From: Octopus sinensis | Taxonomy: Eukaryota | Assembly: GCF_006345805.1 (NCBI RefSeq) | Contig: NC_043009.1 | Coordinates: 44,702,001 to 44,766,000, forward strand | Direction of reading: 5' to 3' | DNA length: 64,000 nucleotides | In this document: piece by piece, positions 52,386 through 64,000 of the stretch | How positions within the stretch are numbered: position 1 is the first letter of the stretch | How the letters are laid out: every line of letters begins with the position of its first letter | The notes under the pieces: generated by a model | What the model was told of the DNA's origin: nothing | The model's input: the letters and a program-made list of their open reading frames with translations, nothing else | Databases searched by the model: none | Translations under genes and position numbers: made by a program

Positions 52386-54080
52386 ATGTATGTATGTATG
52401 TATGTATGTATGTATGTATGTATGTATGTATGTATGTATGTATGTATGTATGTATGTATGTATGTATGTATGTATGTATGTATGTATGTATGTATGTATG
52501 TATGTATGTATGTGTGTGTGTGTGTGTGTGCATGTATGTATGTATGTATGTATGTGTGTGTATGTATATACGTATTCTTTTATTCTTTTACTTGTTTCAG
52601 TCATTTGACTGCAGCCATGCTGGAGCACCTTGAGTCGAATAGATCAGAGTTATTCTTTGTAAGCCTAGTACTTATTCTATCGGTCGTTTTTGCCGAACAG
52701 CTAAGTTACGGGGACGTAAATACACCAGCATTAGTTGTTAAGCGACCATGGTGGGACAAACACACACACACACATACGACAGGCTTCTTTCTGTTTCCGT
52801 CTGCCAAATCCACTCACAAGGCTTTGGTCGGTCCGAGGCTATAATAGAAGACACTTGCCCAAGGTGCTACGCTGTGGGATTGAACCAGGAACCATGTGGT
52901 TGGGAAGCAAGCTTCTCACCACATAGCCATTCCTGCACCAATAATCAAAATTGTAATTAAAATTTATACCAGTAATTATTGGTGTACTTTCGCTATGTTG
53001 CTAAATGTTTAAATGGCAATCTCAAAATGTATTAGGTTGGAAAGAAAGTCCTGACGCGTGTATGTATGTATGTATGTATGTATGTATGTATGTATGTATG
53101 TATGTATGTATGTATGTATGTATGCATGTATGTATGTCTTATGTATGTATATATGTATATATGTATGTATGTATGTGTGTATGTATGTATGTATGCATGT
53201 ATGTATGTATGTATGTATGTATGTATGTATGTATGTGTGTATGTATGTATGTATATGTATGTATGTATGAATGTATGTGTGTGTGTATGTATGTATGTAT
53301 GTATGTATGTATGTTTGTATGTATGCATGCATGTATGTATGTATGTATGTATGTCTTACGTATGTATATATGTATATATGTATGTATGTGTGTATGTGTG
53401 TATGTATGTATGTATGTATGTATGTATGTGTGTATGTATGTATGTATATGTATGTATGTATGAATGTATGTATGTATGTATGTATGTATGTATGTATGTA
53501 TGTATGTATGTATGTATGTATGTATGTATGTATGTATGTATTCGGTAAGAAGAGCATTGTCTCTATCGTAGAGCAGTCTTTGCTACAGTTGGCAATGTAT
53601 ATTGTTTTAGTAACAGCGTCATGTCACGATGGGAGGTAGTGCCTTGATGACATTTTTGGACAGTTCTGATCACGTGTTCTGTGTGTGTGTGTGTATATAC
53701 ACATATACTCACACATACATGTATACATATATATTATGCGTGTGTACATGTGTATGTATGTATGTATGTATGTATGTATGTATGTATGTATGTATGTATG
53801 TATGTATGTATGTATGTGTATATGTATGTTTGAATGTATGTATGTATGTATGTAGGCATGTATGTATGTATGTAGGCATGTGTGTATGTATGTATGTATG
53901 TAGGCATGTATGTATGTATGTATGTATGTATGTATGTATGTATGTATGTATGTGTATATGTATGTTTGAATGTATGTATGTATGTATGTATGTATGTGTA
54001 TATGTATGTATGTATGTAGGCATGTATGTATGTATGTATTGTATGTATGTATGTATGTATGTATGTATGTATGTACGTAC
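52383..54080. repeat. (TATG)n microsatellite arrays
   Basis: Arrays at about 52383-52570, 53060-53540 and 53750-54080; these generate the MYVC/HTYI pseudo-ORFs. Confidence 0.95.
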
Positions 54081-54132
54081 ATACCAATGCTGTGTGTGTG
54101 TTTGTGTGTGTGCGCATGTGTTTCTGTGTTTC

Positions 54133-54165
<33 letters not shown>

Positions 54166-54693
54166 AAACATTATGTTCGTAAACACGTTTGATTTCTTCA
54201 ATCTGTACCAACTAAAATTTCGAAATATTGGTTCATGACACGTAACAGAATGTACAAAGTCTAAGAGTAATAGTTGATCATTCTATTGTTTTCCTGGCCT
54301 TTGTTTATCTTTATACCGTACCCATATACACGTGATTATACGCATGTAAACACACACGACATACCACATGCATATGTATCTATACATACATATTATTTAA
54401 ATATGTATGTATATATATATATATATGTTTTATATATGTAACTAAATTTATGTATGTGTGTGTGTGTGTAAGTGAAAGTACATATATGTACACAAACACA
54501 CACAGTGCGTTGTCATATATAAGTATAAATACACATATATATGCATATGTATATAGTGTATATATATATATATATAGATATATATATATATATATATATA
54601 TTATAAATATAATATATATATAATATATATATAATATAAATATATATATATATAAATAAATATAATATATATATATATATATAATATAAATAT

Positions 54694-54735
<42 letters not shown>

Positions 54736-54864
54736 TATATATATGTGTGTGCATATATATATATAATATGTATGCATGTATATATATATATATTATATAT
54801 TATATATATTCTTTTATTCTTTTATATGTTTCAGTCCAATGACTGTGGCCATGCTAGAGCACCG

Positions 54865-55775
54865 CCATTGTAATCATCTTTCCACTTTCCACCTTTGTCG
54901 GAGCGGCTTCTGGTGAAGGATGGAGTTCGATGCTACTGCCCTCTTTTGAGATTCTTGCTTAGATATTGGCTCATCCGGGATCTCGGTGAGCCAGAGGTGA
55001 AGTTCACGTTTGAAAACGTCTACATCCACTCCATGAAGGCTCCTCAGATGTCTCGGCAGACAGTTAAACAGCTGTGGGCCCTTGAACCCCAAGCTATTGC
55101 AGTACATCGTCCTTGCCCGAGATGAAGCAGTCGGCACAATGGGGACAGCACGGTGACGTCCTGTTCATGGTCTGGTGTAGCTCTTTGTTCCAAAGTTTGG
55201 CACCAGTCCTTCCAGTGTCTTCCATATATATATCACTGCATACCTCTCCCGCCTTCGTTCCAGGAAATAGATTCGTAGCTCTTTCAATCTGTCCCAGTAG
55301 CTCAGTTGTTCCATTGATGCAATTTTCTTTGTGTACTCCAACGAGGTTACACAAAGACTGCTTCAAGCTCTGCTATCGTCCTTGTAGTATAAGGTGACCA
55401 TAGCTGAGAGCAGTAGTCCAGTCGGCTGAGGATAAATGACTTCCATAGTGTCATCATAGTTTCTTGGTCCCTTGTCCGGAAGGTTCTCAGAATCCAACCG
55501 GCCAGTCTTCTGGATACTGCTACCATTTTGTTGATATGTGTGTGAAATGAGGCATTGTTGCTCATTTCTATTCCAAGATCACGCACCGTATTTGATTCTG
55601 GGATCGTTGCTCCACCTGGTCCAACGTACTGATGTCGTGATTCCTGAGCAGTGCTTAACTGGTAGCGGAGGGCCTGGAATTTACTTGCATTAAATTGCAT
55701 GTTGTTATCCTAAGCCCATGTGTAGATGGCATCCAGATCTTTCTGCAAGACCGTAGCATCAGAGGTTTCCTATGG
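54865..55775 (-). mobile_element. CR1/L2-group LINE, 3' part of RT ORF
   Basis: LQKDLDAIYTWA*DNNMQFNASKFQAL, VRDLGI, GWILRTF, LWKSFILSRLDYCSQLWSP and GPQLFNCLP. Confidence 0.88.
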
Positions 55776-55789
55776 GATATTGAGATCTA

Positions 55790-56157
55790 TGAAATAGGGA
55801 GACAGTTGAACACTGTAGACCAGATATCAATATAAATGACATGAGAAAAAGTGTATACCTTATAACAGAAACTGCAAATCCTTCATACAAAAGCCTTTCA
55901 GAAAAAGAAGTAGAAATAATCTCGAAATATGCTGATTTACAAATAGAATTATCAAGAATGTTAGGATTCGTAGAAGTAAAAGTGAAAGTTCTACCAGTTA
56001 TAATTGGAACATTAGGTTCAATCACGCCCCCCACCAAAAAAAACCAAACTATTATACCATCTGAGATGGTTGGACATCGCGACAGCTATGCAAATGCTTC
56101 AAAGAACCCTGTTCTTTATGGTGAAGTTCATATTCTTAGAAAGATACTTTCTATTTA
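55790..56157 (+). mobile_element. R4/Dong-like non-LTR element, restriction-like endonuclease C-terminus
   Basis: (R)PDI..ND.RK...LI.TA.P..K...EKE.EIISKYADLQIEL.RM....VKVLPVIIGTLG...HILRKILSI*. Confidence 0.75.
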
Positions 56158-56672
56158 AAGCCATTTGTTAAGGATTCACAGTTGTTAAGGAAACAACATA
56201 ACAAAAGTCAGTATTTTTTTTTATTCATACCGTACAATGAAATATAATAATGATGACGTTGGTGATAATAGTTTCAAATTTTGGTACGACCTGTAATTTT
56301 CGGGGGAGGGGATAAATCGATTGCATCAACCCTTGTGATCAACTGGTACTTATTTTATCGATCCCAAAACGATGAAAGTCAAAGTCGGCCTCAGCGGTAT
56401 TTGAACTCAAAGCGTAAAGATGTACGAAATGCCACTTCGCGTTTCGTCCGCCACGCTAAGGATTCTGCCACCTTCCAACGTCTCGGAATAAATGGCTAGC
56501 GGCGTTTCTTCCGCTTCATTACGTCATGAGTTCAAATTCCACCGAGGTCGACTTTGCCTTTCATCCTTTCAGGGTCCATAAAATAAGTACCAGTCAAGAA
56601 TTGGAGTCAATGTAATCGATGGACGCTCCAATCATCTCAAATTTCAGGCCCCTTGTGCCTGTAGTACAAAGA

Positions 56673-56761
<89 letters not shown>

Positions 56762-57760
56762 CGTTGTTGTTGTTGTTGTTAAGCAACAAGACGGGTAAGG
56801 GTGATTAGGTGATGGTTTAGGGCTTAAGGGCGGGAGACCCCAGACCTTGGAAAAAAAAAAACTTTGGTCGTCTTGTTGTAGTCGAGGGCTCTTCGTTGAC
56901 ACCACTGGGAGGTGGCCCTCGAAGTCGCTGGAAATGGAGATCTCCAGGTCCAAATTCTTGGACGGCTGCTGCTGCAGAATGCTACTACTACTACTACTAA
57001 AGTAAAAGTGAAGCAAAACTGAATGTCCCCTGTTTTCAAGTGTCACCGTAACTCTTTTATGATGCAACTGATTTAGGCTTAACATAGGTACTCAGATCGT
57101 TATATCACTTTACAAAGCGGTTCAGCTCTGTAATGACCAGGATGACAACATTCAATATTGGAAAACTTAGCTGGGAAAATCTTAGTCTGTTAGCTTAAAA
57201 TGATTGGTGTCAGTAAAGAGAGGCAAGAGGTTAAAAACACATAGGAGACAGATTTTATGGAACCACCTGTCGATGTCGTCTGGAATTTGTCCAAAGTCTC
57301 CAAGCAGTTTAAGATGTTATCTCAGATATGTTTAGTATACATTCCACATGTTATCTGTAACTCTTGGCTTGTTGGAGTTAATCTCTTTAGAAAAAGAAAT
57401 TAGAAATGTTATCTGGCGCACGTTTATCTAATCTGAAGTGGAATAACGAACTTCATGCAATGTTGAGCTGATTAACGGAAAGAGAAGAGTATACACGATG
57501 TGCTTAAACTTGTATACTTTAGAACTGTATGATTGTATAGTTTAAAGTATGATATACAGAGGGTAACTTTTAATTTAAACTGCATTATTGTTATCTTTCT
57601 TATATGGTTTATATGAACATTGAGTAATATTTTTATGAAATGAAATCAGCCGCTGAAAATGTGTTTGATACACGTGAAACACTAAATTTGCTGAAAGGTC
57701 GAAATGAAAATGAATGTATAAACACACATGATCACACATACTTGTATACATACAAACCTC

Positions 57761-57818
<58 letters not shown>

Positions 57819-58297
57819 GCTCACACGCACACACACATTAAGTAAAAAACTGGAATCATCTTTATTTGATTACGGTCGTTTCAACATGACATAGGAAATA
57901 CATTTCATGAATATAAATAGTGCTTTCAAACTTCGGCACAAGGCCAGCAATTTCAGGGTAAGGGGTGAGTCATATACATCGACTTCCAAAGGAACGAAGG
58001 GTAAAGTCGACCCCTGACAGAATTTGAACCCAGAACATAAAGGACGAAATGCCGGTAAGAATTTTACCCGGTGTGCTTCCGATTCTACCAACTCGCCGCA
58101 CTCATGAATAAAAATATTAATATGACCATAAATGATTTCATAATATTCCAATAGTATATTGTTAACGATGTAAACTATGTGCAAGTTTCATTTTTCATTT
58201 CAGCAGGAGTGCTTATGGAAACATATAAAACACACGTTTGTGTGTGTGTATGTATGTATGTATGTATGTATGTTGTATATATATATTATATATATAT

Positions 58298-58332
<35 letters not shown>

Positions 58333-58884
58333 CTATATATATATATATATACATGCTCATCCACCCACACTCAGAGCAGGTGTAGCTGTGTGGTAAGAAG
58401 TTTACTCGGCGAGCTGGCAGAATCGTTAGCGCACCGGCCGAAATGCTTAGCGGTATTTCGTCTGCCGCTACGTCCTGAGTTCAAATTCTGCCGATGTCGA
58501 CTTTGCCTTTCATCCTTTCGGGGTCGACTAAATAAGTACCAGTTACGCACTGGGGTCGATATAATCGGCTTAACCCGTCTGTCTGTCCTTGTTTGTCCTC
58601 TCTGTGTTTAGCCCCTTGTGGGTAGTAAAGAAATAGGTATTTCGTCTGCCGCTACGTTCTGAGTTCAAATTCCGCCGAGGTCGACTTTGCTTTTCATCCT
58701 TTCGGGGTCGATTAAATAAGTACCAGTTACGCACTGGAGTCGATATAATCGACTTAATGCGTTAGTCTATCCTTGTTTGTCCCCTCTGTGTGTAGCCCCT
58801 TGTAGGTAATAAATAAATAAGAAGTTTTCTCCCCAGGCACATGGTTCTGGGTTCATTCCCCTGCATGGCTCTTTGGGCAAATAC

Positions 58885-59200
58885 CATATATACATATAAA
58901 CTGAGAATGTGTGTCAGTCTAAGTGTCTCTGTGTATATATGTGTGCATCACTAAAACTCAAGAACTATCCAACCGATTTCATTCAAATTTTACACATGCC
59001 TACTTAGGGTCCATGCAGTGTCATGGGTCCCCAAAATTTTCAACTTCTTGCCTAATGCAAGCCCAGAGCAATTTCTTATTTCTTCCACTATTTCAGTATT
59101 ACGCGTCAAAAGTGAAACAATAACATCTCTTTTGTAATGTGAGATAGTACTTTCAGTTTTAATAGTGAAACTATTAATACTTTCACTTTGTGTGTATATA
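58885..59200 (+). mobile_element. Helitron-like non-autonomous 5' fragment
   Basis: tatata..aaactgagaatgtgtgtc..ccaaccgatttcattcaaattt resembles Helitron-N heads; a similar piece lies at about 60447-60560. No 3' hairpin was seen. Confidence 0.4.
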
Positions 59201-60064
59201 ATAATAATAATAATAAAAATAATAATAATGCCCTGATGCAGTACCAGGCAGTGGATCTCATGGCTTCTGATCTTAACTGATTGGAAGTGTTATCATGTAC
59301 ATTGTTTTGTCTTGGTATAAAAGATGGGCTACAGCAAATATTCTGCTCAATACCACAGATTTGCTTGTCAGTTGTTTGACCTTAACCAGTTGAGCATGTC
59401 CCTTAGTGGCTGACGATATGTGCATCTCTGATCACGAGCAGAAGTAGTGGGGAGCATCATAGCCATGTGTTGAGAAGGATTCTTGGGGTTTGAATAATTC
59501 ACCTCTGGAAACATGGGTGGTTCTTTCAAAATCCTTAAAACACCCTTATTCAGGGACCTTGAGCGGGATGGGCTACTCAACCTGAAGAAAATTCTAACTG
59601 GGCCCCACCTGCAAGGTCATGTGCTGTTTATCTTGATATGAGATCACCATGTCGCGCACATATGGTTGTGATGCATGTGCCTGGTGTACCTTTATCAGAC
59701 GGGTAGTCATGATGGGTATATTGGGCTTCGTATATTTTACCCCAGTGTCACTTTGATGCCATGAACTGCTCTCTCACTCAATGATAATAATAATAATAAT
59801 AATAATAATAACGGGTAAAATCAGAAATGATTTTTACCAAGTGGTCAGCGCCGAAATAATACCTTATTACTTTAAGCCCGAAACCCAATCATATACGCAG
59901 TTAACCTAAATTGTAATTAATTTTCTTTCTTCTATTGGCCTATATGTAGTGTGTTGTTCTCGGAGAATTTATGGTGGCAACAGTGTCTTTTGACGTCTAT
60001 TTTTCAGTGCGTGGTGAGGCGCAAGCCAAGCCTTTATTATAATTGTGTATATAATATATATATA

Positions 60065-60153
<89 letters not shown>

Positions 60154-60394
60154 ATAAACAAGTCAATTGCGATAAAAAAAAATAATTATATTATCGCTGG
60201 TGAAACTAGCTCAAGCCATATATTATTCATATATCAGTACATTAGGCGAAATATGTGCTAGAACACAGAAGCTAGATAAATTTAGTGAAATGAAAATAAA
60301 AACATTTACTAACTCGGTTCCTCTTAGACTGCAGTTTGTTCTTTTCAGCAATAAAGATAATTTATTTGCTCAGGGAGAATTCATCGGTTGTTCT

Positions 60395-60429
<35 letters not shown>

Positions 60430-60993
60430 ATATATATATATATATATCTATATATAAAACTGAAATGCGTTTTTACCGCTTGGTTCGCTTTCAATGCCAC
60501 TACATCCCGTCCGATTCGCTCCAAATTTACAGGGACATGTAGAATGAGGTGACGATGCGCGTGGGCTACCTTAGAAATCCCTATCTTAAAAGCTGTGGTT
60601 GCTAGGGGCCATCTTCCTACCTCACCCTATTTCCTCCAGTACTCTGTCACTCCTCTTCATTTGACAATGCAACTACCGTTATTTAATGTAAAGTCTTCTC
60701 AAATCACTCTGTAGCTATTTACTCTCTTCCAAGAACATTTTCACTCACTCTATATCTTACCTTCCTATACATTTTACTCATGTATCTCTCAGCGTTCATG
60801 GACAGTAACAAATATACTCGCCATCCCCATCGCCATCGCATTCTATTGTCTACCTGTCAACACACACACCACACACACACACACATATATATACATATAT
60901 CTATATATTTTTATTTTTATGTTTTGGTTTTTGGTTTTTTACTCTTTCATTTCCCTATTAGTGGTTTTATCTCTAATGTAATTTCTACAGCGT

Positions 60994-61033
<40 letters not shown>

Positions 61034-61296
61034 CACAACAACACACCTATATGTGGGGCCCCAGTACACCGAATGAAATCGGGTTCTCTTCATCAAAATG
61101 TGAAAAGGGGTCTACAATTATCATCGCCACAACTTATGTATGTCTTCCTCAATCACTCACTCTTTTTCCTAATGATAATTATCATCGCCACCACCAACAC
61201 CACCAACACACAATCTGGACAATCTTTCTCTTATAACAAATCATGTTTACATTGCAACGACGTCTGCCACCTCCGCCGTCTCTATTTATTCTGCAA

Positions 61297-61450
61297 ATGA
61301 CCAGAACTCGGGAAAATTGGTGAGTGTTCTATGGTCTATGACCAGAACTCGGGAAACTTGATTGACTGTTCTATGGTCTATGACCAGAAATCGGGAAAAC
61401 TGGTTGAGTGTTCTATGGTCTATGACCAGAACTTGGGAAACTTGGTTGAG
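61297..61450 (+). repeat. Minisatellite, ~42-bp unit x ~3.7
   Basis: atgaccagaactcgggaaaattggtgagtgttctatggtct repeated head-to-tail with no spacers. Confidence 0.85.
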
Positions 61451-62818
61451 TCCTCATCTTATAAAATGTGGCCCCAGTAGACCCAAATGAAATCGGGTTA
61501 TATTAACCAAAAGGTGAAAAGGGGTATAAATGGGGCTGGAAGGGGATTAAAATTTAAAGGAGCGGGTGTTTAGCAATTCTCTGTTACATCAAGCTAAAAA
61601 ATTTGCTCCAGCCTTTTAATCGTCAATGTGTTGCCGTCCATGATGAAGTTTTGAATGCTTGCCATCGTGAGTCTACTGTCGTGAGAAAGAATCAAGTCAA
61701 AACTTGGTTTTTAGGGATTTTCTTTTACATCAAGTTCAAAATTTTACGCCAGCCGTTGAACGGTCAATACGTTGCTGTCCGTCGTTAAGAAATGCCAGCC
61801 ATGGTGACTCTACTATCCTCAAATTCTATCCCTTCAAACTTGGTTTCCAATATTTTATTATTTTTATTCAGCTCGCAAGTTCGTCTGTCCCTTTTAAATG
61901 TTAGTGTTTTGCTGTCTGTCTTGAAGCAGACCTTCCTTTGTAACTGCCTGATATTTATGATTGATCTTTCTAAATATTTTATTCTCAACTTACTCAAGAT
62001 ATTTTGTTGTTTATAAATGGGAGAGAGATAGATAAAGATAGAGAGTAAGAGAAAGCGAGGGAGAGTCCGAGAGAAGGAAGAGTAAGAGAGTGGGAAAGTG
62101 AGAGAGAAAGGAGAAAAGAACAAAGAGGGAGAATCATCATCATCATCATCATCGTTTAACGTCCGTTTTCCCTGCTAGCACGGGTTGGACAGTTTGTCAG
62201 GGGTCTGGGAAGCCAGGAGGCTGCACCAGGCTCCAGTCTGATCTGGCAGTGTTTCGACAGGTGGATGCCCTTCCTAACGCCAACCACTCTGTGAGCGTAG
62301 TGGGTGCTTTTTTCGTGCCGCCTGCACAGGTGCCAGGAGGGCTGGCAGCGGCTACGATCGGTTGGTGTTTTTTACGTGTCACTGGCACAGAAGCCAGTCA
62401 AGGCGGCGCTGCAATCCGCCACGTTCGGATGTTGCTTTTTACGTGCTGAAAGGAAGCAACAGAAAGTAACAACCACACTCTTACCCGCGCGTAGAGCGGG
62501 TCATCTTCAGCTAGTATATATATTAGTTTCATTTCTATTACTTTCGCTATGATATATTTATGTATATATATATATTTATGTATGTATATTTATGCGTATA
62601 TATATGTGTGTGTATATATATGTATGCATACATATGTACATATATGTGTATGTATATTTATGTATAATTATTGTTAATATATATATATGTGTATATATAT
62701 GTATATATATGTATGTATATATGTATATGAGTGTATATATATATAGTAATATATATATATATTATATATATATATCTATATGTCTATATATGTGTGTATA
62801 TATATGTATATGTATATG

Positions 62819-62864
<46 letters not shown>

Positions 62865-64000
62865 TATATATACATATGTATATTAGCAAAACGCCCCGTC
62901 CATTGGATGGTTTGTATAGGTGAAGAGGTTAACTTGGACGGTGTTAAGTTGTGGAAATGCTTGGTGATAGAATGGGGTCGTTACTTTTGGTTTGAGCATT
63001 AAAGATTCCTGAGACGTTAAAACTGTTGACTGTTTCTTCTAAATAAGGAAAATTGATTGATAGTAAATCTTAGCACCGTGAACTCTTTCAAAATTGTCAT
63101 GAAGCCAATAAAATGAAGGAAAGCTGTTCAGCCCACAATATATACAACTTTCAGAGGAATCGGACATGATTATTGAATTTAAACTTTCTGTGCTCAAACA
63201 CTTTCACATTAGGATAAGCACATTGTGCTCTTCCATAGTACATACCTCATGTTGACACCTACACGTCAGACTGAACGCTGTTTTATCTCCAAAGGGAATA
63301 TTGCAAGTGATATTTAAGCAATAAACAGTTCTTTGGCTTTAGCATTTGATGACTATTGCTTTACGTATTTTATTTCGATTTTCACTGGCGTAGTGGTAAG
63401 AACTACGGGATAAGTAACATTAGTTTCGAATGAAAATGTAAATGAAAGTTTTAATCACCTGATGGACATGCAAACAGAAACTGCAACTCAATTAAGGCGC
63501 AAAAATACTTAAGGAAGTCTCTCCTCTCTCAAAAACTGCCACAAAAACAGTTGAAACTCAGGGGTGAAATAACACAATGTGCAATAAAATATCATAAGGC
63601 ATACTCTTTGCAAATCAATTTTATCTCTAAAATTGAACAATACTGCTTATTCTTTTAAGTTGGACGAGGAACGTTAGGTAATATTTTAGATGTAAACCGT
63701 CCCTGCTCCAAATTTTCACGTTTTATAAGCAATCAATTAGTCTTTTCTACTTTCAATTGAATTTTGTTGAAAATATCTTCAGAAAATTGAGTGATCACCA
63801 GTTATTTATTTGCTGTATTTTCACTTTTTTGCTCACTTAAAATAACCGCCTTTCCCTAGTAGTTTATTGCACGAAAAACAGCCGTAAGAACACATGTGAC
63901 CGCGAATGCACGTGGTTGATTACAGTTAATCAAAGTTAGGGTGATATCAATTTTTTTAGTCGCATACAAACGTGTGAAAATGCAGAAATGAATACAATTG

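Noticed and set aside
52371-54238. Many long ORFs (up to 195 aa) in the ORF track
   Set aside because: They are translations of (TATG)n/(CA)n microsatellites (MYVC/HTYI repeats). The same applies to poly-I, poly-Y and IY ORFs at 9961, 22108, 24526, 37846 and 62592.
61297-61450. CRISPR-like array
   Set aside because: Contiguous tandem units without unique spacers, a eukaryotic context, and no cas genes.

Overview
AT-rich, repeat-saturated animal genomic DNA. The SINE families, (TA)n/(TATG)n microsatellites and LINE/transposon types resemble coleoid cephalopod (Octopus-like) sequence; this is inferred from recalled repeat families, not from a database search. The only host coding exon I can support is a + strand calpain domain III (C2-like) exon at 26710-26927, with a candidate downstream micro-exon or terminal exon at 29399. 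A CpG-rich segment at about 1.0-2.1 kb carries clustered promoter motifs. The rest is decayed mobile DNA: Penelope-like elements (RT + GIY-YIG), RTE, CR1-like and R4/Dong-like LINE pieces, mariner/Tc1, Merlin (ISXO2-like), Helitron and piggyBac-type MITEs, and dozens of tRNA-derived SINEs. The most striking signal is at least 8 type I hammerhead ribozyme motifs found by hand on both strands. They have compensatory stem I changes and palindromic (dimer-type) stem III. Some have very long stem II hairpins, and several sit in ORF-less inverted-repeat mini-elements embedded in (TA)n tracts. Most ORFs in the supplied track are microsatellite artefacts. Repeat boundaries are approximate (+/-10-30 nt).
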